A stretch of DNA of 64,000 nucleotides, taken from the NCBI GenBank assembly GCA_012295275.1, contig CM022679.1, positions 31,434,001 to 31,498,000 on the forward strand, in the 5' to 3' direction. The notes under the pieces were generated by a model that was given only the letters and a program-made list of their open reading frames with translations, was not told the origin of the DNA and ran no database searches. Positions 37,901 through 50,800 of this stretch are shown one piece after another. This DNA comes from Chrysomallon squamiferum. Lineage: Eukaryota; Animalia; Mollusca. A program made the translations under genes and the position numbers. Every line of letters starts with the position of its first letter. Positions within the stretch are counted from its first letter, which is position 1.

Positions 37901-40900
37901 AGTTTTTAGATTTGAAATTAAACAGTTTGGATATTCGTATTTTGTAATTACATGTTGTAATTGGTAATTTCACAATTTCAGGTTGTGTTTTGTGTATTTT
38001 ATAGTTGTGGTGAGATTAGTTTTCCTGACACTGAAATATTGTTACAGTGTAGCTATAAGAATAAATTATTTTTGTCTTATTTTTTAAAATTTCAAATGAC
38101 AGCTGTTATAATTGAAAATAAAGCTGTAGCAGTATATTTGCAGAATAGATAAAACGAATTGTGATCTTTATATTTAAGTTTTAATTAAAAAAGATGTGTA
38201 TTGATGCGATGATATTGCCAGAAATATTTTTACTTTAATGAATTATTTTATTGTAGCGGATGCTCACAATTCACCAAATCCATGGATTCATTATTTCACT
38301 TCAACTGAGAACAGGTAACATTATGACTTGACTCAGTTTTGTTATCATATTTATTAGCTAATTAAAAATACATTTCTCAGGCAGTATTGCTTTGTTTCTA
38401 TTTTATGAAACACCATGCTTATAATTATTTTCTTTTGCATTAATGTTTTTGATGATTTATCAATTTTATTATTTATTTATAAATAAGTTATTTATAAATT
38501 ATTTCTGATTATGCAGACATGCACTTCCATTATTTACATCACTTCTGAACTTGGTGTGTTCATACAATCCTGTTGGCTTTGGGGTTCCATACAACCATCT
38601 GATGTTTGCTGACCACCGTGAACCAATGGTTGAGATAGCACTTCAGGTTTTGTGTGTCACACTGGAGAATGAAGCTTTGGTCAATCAGAATATATCGGTG
38701 GATGGTACGACTAGCACTGGAACTGCCATGGAGCAAGTAGCTGATGTAAGTTTTCATTTACTTTGAGGAAATATTTTTTATTTATTTTGTTGAAAACATA
38801 CAGAAAGTCCTCAGGTAATCTATTTTCATGTTTGTTTGTTTGTTTATTTTGGTATTAATAAATCAGTGTTACCTTTGTAAAGTAAATATTTAAAAAAAAA
38901 AGTATTAAATAAATAAAATGTGATTCCATTAATATTTTTAATGTCTTTCATTGTTTACAATTCTGCAGAGTGGTGGACCTGACAATCTCTTTGTGAACTA
39001 TCTGTCAAGAGTCCATAGAGAAGAGGTATGTTTGTACTTAATCACATACATACATGTATGGATTTAATCATGTTAACAGAATTCTCAAAGATATAAATTT
39101 ATTTTATTAATGCACTTATATTATAAAGAAGAAAATCATTTTATGAATGTTACACACTATCAACAGAACTTAAGTGATTATATTCATTATATTGTACACG
39201 AATCTCTAAATAACTCAGAATTTCAAGAAAAATCATAAATAATAATTTTCTTAAACTGTAATAGATGCAAGCTCAAATTGATAACTTTTTATTATTTTTA
39301 GTTTTAATTTTAATTATATTTCATTGCTTGAATAATGATTTTTCAAAAATACTGAAATATTTTTATTTGAAGAGTTTTATTATGTTGAAGGAAAATACTA
39401 AAGTGTAACGGTTTTGTTTTAGGATTTTGGTTTCATACTGAAAGGCATCACTCGATTGTTAAACAACCCTCTGACTCAGACCTACCTACCAGGTTCATGT
39501 AAGAAAATCCAGTTTCATCAGGAACTTCTAGTCTTGTTTTGGAAGATGTGTGACATCAATAAGGTATTAACTAATTACTATAGTCTTTGAATTGCATTTT
39601 ATTTATTTTTTAAATGAATATGTAAAATTATTGTTTTTAAGAAAGACATTATAATTTATATTTTGGTAGGGAAACATTAGGAAAAAAAAATTAATTTATA
39701 ACCTTTATGCATTTACCTTCAGTTTTTCGGTATATTCAGTACATAAATGTTTTTCTTTCAGTATAGTTATCCTTTATTTATTTATTTTTAAATTTTATTT
39801 TCCAGAAATTTATGTTCTATGTTTTGAAGAGCAGTGATGTGCTTGATGTTCTTGTTCCCATTCTCTATTTTCTTAATGATGCCAGAGCAGATCAGTGTAA
39901 GTTTCTTTTTCCTTCTTTAAATGTATCTATGGTAATGAGAACAAATAGCCAGATTTCTTCTATAGACATAAATATCTTTTTGAGCAGTTATTTTACTATA
40001 TAGAAAGTATGGTGCATATCTATGAGAATTATTTATTATCTTGACTTGTATGGTCTTATTTGTTTTTCAGCAAGAGTTGGTTTGATGCATATTGGAGTTT
40101 TTATTCTTCTTTTACTAAGTGGAGAGAGAAACTTTGGTGTGCGTCTTAACAAACCATACACTGTTCGTGTTCCTATGGATATTCCTGTGTTTACAGGCAC
40201 ACATGCAGATTTCCTTATTATTGTAAGTTTTTTAATCTATATTCTTATATTTAACAGCGCTGGAGATTATTATAGATTTTTGGAAAAAAATTGCATATGT
40301 TGTCAAAAATCAATGCAGTAAAATAAAATTACTATATATTTTTTTTGATCTATTAACAACATTAGAGATTTCATTTTTTTTTTTTTAAAAATATTAAATA
40401 TATTATTTTAGTGTCCAACTTTTAAACCATTGATTAATTGCAAATGTTAAGTAGCACTGATTTCTTTAATTTTAAATTAAAACCTTAAATATATATCTAA
40501 AAGGTTTTAAAAAATGTTACATACAGACATTAGAATGATATAGTACATAAAATTGTTTGTTTTAAATTAATATCTTTATTTGTTGTAGGTTTTCCACAAG
40601 ATTATTACCACAGGCCACCAGCGCCTGCAGCCACTTTTTGATTGCCTTCTGACCATCATTGTTAATGGTAAAATTATGTGTTTTTTCAAAGTTTATATTT
40701 CATAGGCTGTCTTACAGAGGAACTAGAAAGACACACACACACACACTAAATGAACTTAAATAATAAAGTATTTTGAGTTTTATTTTATCAGTAAAAATAA
40801 TTAAGATTTAAATTTCCTTTACTTCTGTTGTTTTTGGATTTTTTTAAAAATATTTTGTTTTATACTGTTATAGTATTACTGTATAGTAGTTTGGAAATTT

Positions 40901-42255
40901 ATTTTATAATATACCAACTTTGTTTTGCAGTTTCTCCCTATTTAAAAACACTGTCTATGGTTGCAAGCACCAAGATGTTGCATTTGTTAGAGGTGAGCTG
41001 ATTTATTAATAATATAGTTTGTGAAATATGAAATAGGTAATCATCTGGCTTTGATACATTTTTATGTTTTATTTTCATTTTTATAAAATGGTGATAAATG
41101 TTAGAAAATAAGATAATTGATCATTTTTCATAATTTCTGACACATCTTGTCTTTCTTTTGGTATTTTCATACATAGATCATATATATACATTACATACTT
41201 CCACTATTTGTCACTACACATTCATTGATGTTTTCTACATAGGTTCTGAAATCAGCATTATGTGGCATTAGTTAATTAATATCCATACACTTTAATTTTG
41301 ATTCAGTGTAAAAGGATTACGTTCTTACTAAAACAGATATTTCAAATTGTTTGCTGTCCTTTCAGGCTTTTAGCACACCCTGGTTTCTCTATGCCAGTCC
41401 AACCAACCACCATCTTGTATTCTTCCTGCTGGAAGTGTTCAACAACATCATTCAGTACCAGTTTGATGGTAAGTTTAACAATATTCTTAATGAAAAATGT
41501 AAATCCTTTTGCAAATATATGAAAATAAAATTAAGAAAATATTGTAGTTAAATTTTTGTTGCTTTTATTTATTTATCAAAGCATTAAAGTGGTAACCTAA
41601 TTACATTTATTGATCTAGTATAGATAAGTGGTTATTTTTATTATTGTTATTGCAAACAGGGAATTCAAATTTGGTTTACACAATCATAAGAAAGAGAAAT
41701 GTGTTCCACCAGCTGGCTAACCTTCCCACAGACCACAGCGCCATTGCCAAGGCTTTGACAAAACGAGGCAAGAAGTTTGCAGCCCCTCCCCTAGACACCA
41801 GAGAACCACAGACAATGGAAGGAGCCCTTCCAGCAGCAGAGGCAGAACCAGGCACCCTGAAAACCACCCTTGCAGCAACACCACGTAAGACAATACTTCA
41901 TTTTTTTGATGTTTGTTAAAAGGCTTTTTCTCAAGGGCATATTTTGTCTCTTATGTTTAATTAGATTTCATTATATTGTTTGATTTCTCATATTTCTCAG
42001 ATACTGATATTCCTTCTGTGGTTTAAAATAAAAAATAACAGAGACAAGAATACGCTTGTATAATTACTTTTCTCTTGTACACACATATACAAACATTATT
42101 CATACAAGACAAAAGTAATTAGTCATCTGTAAATATTTATTGTGAACAGTTGCAAGTTTCTGTTGTTTTATTTTTTATTGTTAAAGCACAGGCATGAATT
42201 AAACTCTTATTTTTTAATTTGTTGTGAATTGTTTTCATTTTTTTGCCAGAATATT

Positions 42256-42294
<39 letters not shown>

Positions 42295-45200
42295 TCCTTT
42301 GCTTCCAGTTTATAGTGACATTTTTTAATCACAAATATCGGAACTGTAATGTTAATGATAGTTTTATAGTGTTTAAATATTTGTTCAGATTAAATCATGC
42401 TTTTGTTTCTTTTTTCATAATAACGATAGATTTTAAAATTTTGTAGTGGGCATTAATTCTATTAGTAATTTATGGTAAAATAACTTCATAGAACAGAGAA
42501 CCATTAAAAATTATTTTATTTGCTGTTCTGTTCTGTATATGTTTTGAGTGTTTTTATCGTTGAATATATATTTGTGTGATTTTGTACTATGCTTGCATAT
42601 ATTAACACATTAGTTCTACTAACCTAGTTTTTGTAATGGTATTGTGTTTGTATGCACCTGCTAACTTTTATTTCAGATATTAAGTTTAAATCATTCATGT
42701 ACGAAAAGGGTGGGCAATCTGAGTTACAGGTAGATGACCAAAGGGTGGGTGAGGGTATGTATGTGAGCATGTCTTCTTGTTTTAATGCATGTAATAAAGA
42801 ATGTTTTTATACTATCTTCTAACTCAAATCACTCTAAAAAGCAAATGATACAGGTAATATTAAATATATATTTTTTCATGTAACTAATGAGAAATACTTG
42901 GAACAAGCTGCTGACCAGTAGAAGTAATAGTAGTGTTCATTGTGTGACTGTCATTCTAACTTTCACTCAGATTTCTCACTTAACAAACTAATTCTTATAT
43001 TATCCTGAGCAGAGATGCTTACCAAAGCTTGCACTAAGGGAAACATCTGAATGTTAATCAGCTTATTTGTTATTTTTACATCTGTTATGCTCATTGAGGG
43101 TGCAGTAGTACTAAAATATACCTCTCTAAGAGCTGCTCATAATATAGTAACTTCAGCCATAACAAACATTGATTTTTACTTTTTAACCAATTACTTGTCA
43201 GAGTTATTGCCTAGTTAATGAATTATCCAGCATCAAGGTTGGCTTGGTAATAATATGTCAAATAAAAAAAATAGTGCCATTAATTTATGTATCACTAACC
43301 GCAAATAAGTCTAATCCTTAGATATTAAATATAAATGAACAAAACTTAATTATTGTGTTTAATTTATAGATGGATAGTTATTATTTGTAGCATAATATTC
43401 TAGCATTAATGAGGATACAAAAATAAATCTACAATTTATTAATTAAAGATTTTAAACCTCTGCATAAGAAATAATTTATTATATATTACTTTAATACTTT
43501 TTTAAATAGTCTGCTTTTATTCTTGATAAAAAAAAATAAAAAAAAATAATTTACTATGAATGTTTCATCATTGCATGATAAAATTTGTAATTTGTTCATA
43601 TATTTATTATTAATGTTATCATTTCTATAATGTATAGGATCCATTTTCTATTTCTTTATGTCTGATGGTCAAGGTATTTCTGTCATGCAGTTACACTTTT
43701 AGTTTAATTTACTGTTTTAGTATTCTTTTAAGAATCATTTTTCAACCTAAAGTTTGACCATAGTTTTATCAGAATGATTAAGTAAAAATATCTTTGTCAG
43801 TGTATTCATAAAAGAAATGGAAACCTATTTTCACATGATAATTAACTTAAGAAATGTGATCTTTATAATGTGTATTTGTTTTAGGGTGGCGGTCTAAGAG
43901 AAAAAAGAAGAAAAAAGGATGATAACATTATATCTAAATTCATATTTTTGAGGGTTGCATTTTTTTAATAACTTAATAATGTAATGACCATTCATGCTTC
44001 AAATGTTTAAGCCTTTTAGTTATTCTAGTGTTGTTTGTTTGTTTTAGTTTATTTTTTAACATTTTTTTGGGGAAACTAATTTTCATTGCTACCTTGGTGA
44101 TTGAATAAAATATTTAATAGAAATTATTAATTTTGAAATCTAATTTTGGTATAAATGTTAATTTTTTAGATATACATTTTTTTTAAATTTATATTCACTG
44201 GTTTTCTGGTTTGCTTTCAAAAAATATTTTTTACATTAATATATTGATGACATGCTCTGTGACATATAATAACAATTCATTGAAGGTTTGGACAAGATGA
44301 CAGAAAAAGGACCTCCAGACGAGAGCCATAAACAGCCAACTCTGAAAGACCTAGCTAGTGAGACTGGAACTGAGAGTGTTCAGCCTCGCAGTGAAATACA
44401 AGATCCACTGGCAGAAGAAGGGAATCAGTCTCCTACAAAACCACAGCCAGACAAGCTGGTAGAGCATGAAGTGACTTTATTTTTATTTATTTATTTAATT
44501 TTTGGTAGAACAGATTTCATTCTTTGTTGAGTCATTGATTGATTTGTTCTTTGATTGTTTTTACATTTGTATTTCATTGTTGAACTCTTAAATATATATA
44601 TATAAAAACTTTTACATAATTATTTCCTACTCGCAATTTTCTTTATGATGAAAATTTTAATACTGATATTATCAGCATTACTACAGATTATAACGTTATG
44701 CTAGTTGTTTTTAAATGTTTGTCTATTATGACATCTTCATACTGGTGTTACAAATAAGAACAATATAAATTTAAAATTTTGTATTTTAAACACGATAATA
44801 TTATGAAAGACATTTTAAATATTTATCTATATTAAAATCATTACAGTGATTTTGCAGATGATATAAACATTTTGTTATGTTTCCTTTTGTTTTACAGACA
44901 AGCACTCCAACAAGTCCACCAACTACTCCAGATCACCAGGGACTGAGACCTTCAGTAACAAGATCTTCATCTAACACCAGCACTGCAGGAAATTGGGTGG
45001 CTACACCAGAATGGGTATGTAATATAAAAACAAATTACAGAGGTTGACAATCCATTACTTGAAATCTGAAAATTAACTATATCTCTTCTCTGTCCTCAAG
45101 TTTCTTATTTCACTGACTTGTCTTATTAGTATTTAACAATTACACCAGAGATAAATAATTCATTATAACGATAGAATTACAGTTAGATTATATCTATGCA

Positions 45201-46373
45201 TTGCACAAATGTACACTTCAATTAAATTAAACTGTGGGGTAAATGTAGTAAACGTTTGACTACATTTGTACAGGTTCAGTCCTGGAAACAGAAACTTCCA
45301 CTGCAGACCATCATGAGAATGCTTCAGGTTCTAGTACCTCAGGTGGAGAAGATCTGCATTGACAAGTAAGTTAGAACGAAGATAATTATTTAAATTCCAG
45401 TCTGCCATAAAGGTGGTTTGGTTTTGGGATTTTTCTTGGTTTTTACTACTTAAATTTTATTTTATGTATAGAGATTATATTGTTTTTTATCAATTGTCAT
45501 AATCCTGTTCTTTCCCTGGTCATTCATAAATTTCGGATTAACTTAAGATAGTTTGTTATGTCCATGATTATTATTAATTTTTATTCTATGTACCTAAATA
45601 ATATAATTATATATATCTTCTTTTTTTTGTATATAAATATGTATAAAAAAAACTGATATATTTTTTTATAGGGGCCTGACAGATGAAAGTGAAATACTGA
45701 AATTTCTTCAGCATGGGACTCTAGTTGGTCTTTTGCCCGTACCACACCCAATCTTGATTCGCAAGTACCAGGCAAATACTGGTACCACCATGTGGTTCAG
45801 AACTTACCTGTGGGGAGTTATATATCTCAGGTAAGATTTAAAAATTGAGAAAAATGATCATTTACATGAGCCTCTTAGTGATATTGCTATTCCATATTTG
45901 GATAGAATTTGATGTCACAGACTAGATAAAAACTATACCCACAACAGTATGTTAACTCCATTACTATTGTTGTCCCACATAAATGATTATATTAGTTTGT
46001 CCATGTTGTATTCACTATTCACTATATAAAACCCCAATTTACAAATACACAAATCTTAATAAACCTTAAAAAAAAAGGATTTTTAAATCTTTATTTAATT
46101 TTGTTCTTCAAAAAGTTATTGAATTGTTTTAATTTCATGTTAATTTTCATAGTTAGGGACACTTCATCTAAAATAAAGATATAAATCTCAAATGCTATAA
46201 TAGAAACTTAAATAGTATTAATTTTGTACAAAAAAAACCCTCCAACAACCAAATATAAATATTTTGTGTTTTGATCTGTGTATTTTATCAAATGTTTTTT
46301 GATTTGTAGGAATGTTGATCCACCAGTCTGGTATGACACCAACGTGAAGCTGTTTGAAATACAGAGAGTTTAA
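34366..46373 (+). CDS. HID1: Protein HID1 (dymeclin/HID1 family; dense-core vesicle biogenesis at the trans-Golgi)
   Basis: Exons 34366-34431, 36211-36424, 36674-36783, 36990-37034, 37326-37379, 37700-37868, 38257-38314, 38517-38745, 38969-39025, 39423-39563, 39806-39896, 40071-40222, 40589-40667, 40931-40992, 41366-41468, 41660-41884, [candidate cassette 42677-42754], 44286-44470 (this donor less certain), 44898-45014, 45274-45365, 45672-45830, 46310-46373 (TAA). Motifs: MGNADTKLNFRKAVIQLTTKTQ (N-myristoyl Gly2), IPAAEIRALREESPSNLATLCYKAVE, SIDSCEYIWEAGVGF, LLLLSGERNFGVRLNKPY, WKQKLPLQTIMRMLQVLVPQVEKICIDKGLTDESEILKFLQHGTLVGLLPVPHPILIRKYQAN, PPVWYDTNVKLFEIQRV. Confidence 0.96.
34894..34982. 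repeat. (CA)n microsatellite in HID1 intron 1
   Basis: Direct inspection. Confidence 0.95.
35050..35790 (-). mobile_element. Decayed L2/CR1-clade LINE fragment (C-terminal part of ORF2), antisense in HID1 intron 1
   Basis: Minus-strand translation across frameshifts gives VATKIL, LLNKLQQVQNTATHIMTKISCYNHLLPVL and RIQYKLLFNMYNALNN. This matches the recalled L2 post-RT pattern LQxVQNxAARxxxxxxxxxHITPVL...RIQYKILLLTYKALN. GC is locally elevated; boundaries are approximate. Confidence 0.65.
42677..42754 (+). CDS. HID1: Candidate 78-nt in-frame cassette exon of HID1
   Basis: TGCTAAC branch site, then tttatttcag| acceptor. Open phase-1/phase-1 frame (H)IKFKSFMYEKGGQSELQVDDQRVGE(G), then donor |GTATGT. 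Confidence 0.6.
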
Positions 46374-46798
46374 TACGGGACTTCTCTTCACAGTTAACAA
46401 GTTTGGACTTGGGCTTGTTGAAAAATCTCATAGATTAATTTTAGCTGGCAGATGAACACGTTTTTAAAACTGTCACTGAGACCAAAGAATTGAGTTGATT
46501 TGGCACAATGTTTTAATTATATACTTTTTCTTTCATAACTTGAAGAAAAGAAAATGCATACTTAGCATACATATTTATTACACATAGACACATGCATGTT
46601 TCTGCTTAAATGTACACACACATATATACAGGAGAACCTTGTTGCATTTATTATTATTTTTTAATTTTACTTTCTTCAACTTTTTTCCCTTCTTTTCTTT
46701 TAATATTTCTAAATAAGGATTTTGGGGAAAAGAATATAGTCTAATTTTGTTAAAACTATCTGATCATGAATATATATATATATATATGTGTATATATA

Positions 46799-47807
46799 CT
46801 GTAAACCTTGCCTAAGTATTCACTTTTGGAACTAAGATTTTTCTGATGACTTGGATGTATGATAACTTGTCATAATGACTGCTTGTAAATGTAAGTTGGC
46901 AAAATGACGATTTATCCTAGCATGTTCTCATGTCCTTCATCAGTGTTATATATGTCCTGTCGTTCATATCTGAGGAGAATGTCCTTCTATTTTTCTGTTT
47001 TCCATTCTTTAACTACTGCTGTATTAATAACATCCCCCGATTCACCCACTTTAAGTGCTTTTCCAATTCCCCATCTTTCCTTAAAATGATCAGTCCAACT
47101 GTCATTCAGTTTCTGACCATCCTTGTGACCAAGCTGCTCAGCAAAGCCTGGTTCATTTATATGAATTTCAGATCTTGCAGCCATTTGTCGAAACCATTAG
47201 TTAGCAAGGAGTTGACATCTTCAAACGTCATGTACTTGATGTGTTTCATAATCACCTTTTTTTGAATCAGGATGCTCAGCCTTCTTGATGGCTCAGTCAC
47301 TTTAGATTTGTTTTTTAAAACATCATTTAAGTTGTGCGGGGAATCTTGAATATCTCTGCCATCAGAAACTTTTTCTCACCACGATTGGCTTCACAGTAAT
47401 TAATTATTTCACACTTCTCCCTGTAAGTCTTGGTATTAGCTGCCTTGTTCCAATAGTCACTATTTTGTACACTAGAAAAGTCACTATCATCAGCACTGCT
47501 TTCCAAAATGATATGTTAATTCAACAGACCCACACATGAGGCAAGTCACATGCATATTGATATTCCAATGCACAGCGCCTGTGTACCTCCATGCCAGTAG
47601 CTTGTGATAGCAGGTAAATTGTGCAAAACTGTTTTGAGGGATTTCCTAGTGACGACTTAGAGCTAGAAATTAACTGCAGGTCAGGTGACAACTTAGACAG
47701 GGATATTTTATTGCAAATAACATTACAAAAAAATTGGGACTTTTGCTAAGGTGATGACTTATGCACTTTGACCATTTAAACGCTGACAACTTAGGCAAGG
47801 TTTACTG
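46799..47807 (-). mobile_element. Internally deleted pogo/Tigger (Tc1/mariner superfamily) DNA transposon, about 1 kb
   Basis: TIRs CTGTAAACCTTGCCTAAGT...ACTTAGGCAAGGTTTACTG (18/19 match), flanked by TA inside (TA)n tracts. Minus-strand remnant peptides WFRQMAARSEIHINEP, SWTDHFKERWGIGKALKVGESGDV (CENP-B-type HTH) and, after a frameshift, YERQDIYNTDEG (first Asp of the DDE domain). Confidence 0.88.
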
Positions 47808-50800
47808 TATATATATATATATATATAAAATCAAGTAAAGAAAAAGCTAAAGCAGCAATAACAATTAATATTCTGGGTTATTTGAAAGTTAATTGAATAA
47901 AATCTGAAAATAATAACAAATATTTTTCAGTTTTGAACCCACTTACAAACACAATTGTGCAATTAAAAAGAAGTAGCTAGAATTGTCATTTAAAACAACA
48001 ATTATTAAATGAACCATTTTCTCACTTCTCACCATTGGCAAATGTGTAATAATTGTTGTGAACGATCATTTGTTGTTTTATGAGTATGTTATGGACTTGT
48101 GTGGTATCTGTTGTGATGTATAATTACTCATTCAGTGTCTGTTTGGGTTTTTTTAGAACTTTTTTTTTCTTTTTTTTAAAGATGACTAGATTGTTGTTGA
48201 CAAACTGGTGGAAGAAATAAGGGTGTGTAAAAGTAAATTTAACTTGATAACTCTGAACTTCAGAATGACAAAGTGAAGTTTTAACTTCATGTGGTATAAA
48301 TTATCTAAAGCTGGAATATTCCTAACTTCAAATGATGAAATCCTAAAATAGTTGTATGAAAATAATGATGTAAAATGATCAGGTGAGAAGGTGTAAATAA
48401 TTGTTATGCAAAAATTAATGAAATTGTATGAAGCCACAGAGTTTTCAGCTTCAGATGGTGTAAGTTTTGCTCTAAAATTATTAAAAAAATGTGCATCAAA
48501 ACGGAAATAAGATTGTTGCTGTTGCTAAGAATAATCATTTTGTTGTATAAATTATTTGTGGAAAAGAAAGGATTTCTTTTGGTGTGATTTAAGTTATATC
48601 TGTATTGAAAATTATAATCATTGTGTTTTCCTAAAACTGGTTTACTCAATTGTTATAGAGGTTGTTGTCTATTTGTTTTGTTGAAGGTAATCAAGATGTT
48701 GCATTCAGGTGATGTTGTTTATTTGCTTGGTGTTTATATAATTTTTGTGGGCAGCCAGAGAAAGTGTAAATACAGCTTTTTATTTTGTCAGTTTGTTGAA
48801 AATTAGTGATAATTATATATATATACTGACTGAGTGACTGTCATAAGTATTACTTTTGGGTCAGACAGTAACCTTTATGGAGATATGTTGAGATATATTA
48901 TTGAATCTCTTATGTTTATATCCTTATTATCATTTTGATTATGAAAAGTATTAAAAATGATTTTCCTGTGAAGCTTCTCCATAAATACTAGACTGTTTTA
49001 TGTTCTATATATTTTCACTGTCCTTTTTCTTTTCAGTGGCATGGTGATTTTTTTTGTTTTTTGATTTTTTAAATTTTTTATAAATTATTTGTCTAGAATC
49101 TGTGAAGGTCAACAGAAAGGTAGATAAGCATCATCAAAATTTTTTGTAGATTTAATACAGATGGAATTTTATTCCAAATTCACAATTGATTTTATTTTTT
49201 AAAAGATATTTCATCAACAGACTTGGGAAAGTTTTAACATGTTCATCAGCTGTAGGTTAATGTGTTAGAAAGTTGGTTTTGGATGTCACCACAGTGGTCT
49301 GTCATTTCCCTCATACATCTGAAAATGGCTACTATCAGGATGAGGTCATTTTACCTTCGACTCTGTACCCAATCTGGGACATTTCTGAGAAGGTTTTATT
49401 GTTGCAAGATTTAACTATAAGCTATAAAAACTGCTGCTTAGGGCCTTAAGCAGACTGGTTCTGTGTATTTCAATTCATTACAAATTATTCAGTTAGAACT
49501 TTCTATAGCTTAAGGCCTTGTCTTATCTAAATCTGACCACTAATTTGAACTGTGGATTTTAATGTGCTCTAGTCACTCAGTCAGATGCTGGAACTCAAAG
49601 CCTAAAATGTTAAAATGAAAAAAGTAATACAAAATTTAAAAGAAATAAAATCAAACATTTTAAGTAATTAAAAACATAAAAGAAAAAATAAGATATTGTG
49701 AAGAATAATTTATCTAATTATCTTGTTTTATAGTACTGAAATTGTAATGCATCTGAAAGTTTGAATATTCTGTTCACCATTTCATTTTGGATTAAAAAGT
49801 ATCAGATGTCATTAACTGTATACACAAATTAAAGTGTTTTTTTTTTTAAAGGTAAAAATTATTTCTGATTCTTTATGAGAGCTGTTACCATTTCATTGCC
49901 TTTATACATCTTTTTTAACTGTTTTCTTTCTTTTTCCTTTTCCTTTTTTTTGCCAATATCTGATGCTATGATTATAATTTGCATTCATAAAATGAGGTTC
50001 TTAATGTTATTAAATTTTGTTTGCAGTTATAATTGATCGCAACTTTTTTGATTATTATTTTTTTAAATTTTTAATTTAAAAAAAGTTTTTATTGTCTTCA
50101 AGATTAAAAAATATTATCTAATTTCCTTCTTTTGCCATTTAAAGATTAGTAATATAGACAATTCTTGATCCACATAATTAAAATATTGGAACATAGATAT
50201 TATGTAACTGAAAATTGGAAAAAAAGAAATCCTTTTATCTAAGTAACATTTCCTTTTTTGTTCAGAATTATTTCATTAAAAGAATGTCAAATGTTTCTGG
50301 GGATACTATATGTTGTTAAATACATTTATTTTATTTACAGTGTTTTTACATCGATTTCATTATTTTTTTCTTCATACTTTATTTCATTTTGAAAAAACCC
50401 ACAAAAAAACATTCCTCCATAATTATTGTATAAATGTTGGTGTAACTTTGAAATGATTTTCTCATATTTAATCTTATCTGGTATCTTTGTTATGTACAGC
50501 GGATGTAAATTAAAACAAACTAAAAAAAAAGACCCAAAAAGTGTTTTTTGTTTTTTATTGTTATTTATTAAAATTTTCTACATGGCTACAAGTCAAAAGA
50601 GCACTTCTGGATACATCTCAGATTCAGTATATAGACAATGGTGCATATTTTGTTTACAAAAATAAATTAACACATATGTATATGTATAAAATAAATGCAA
50701 AGAAATGAAATTTTAAGACTTGCAAAACCAACCGAGAACCCTGAACAATAAGGATTTGCTCTTATCCATTAAAAACAATATAAGTTTTATATAAATTTTT

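Noticed and set aside
43885-43922. Possible alternative terminal HID1 exon (RWRSKRKKKKKG*)
   Set aside because: Only an AG followed by an A-rich run; it would delete the conserved C-terminus and has no other support.
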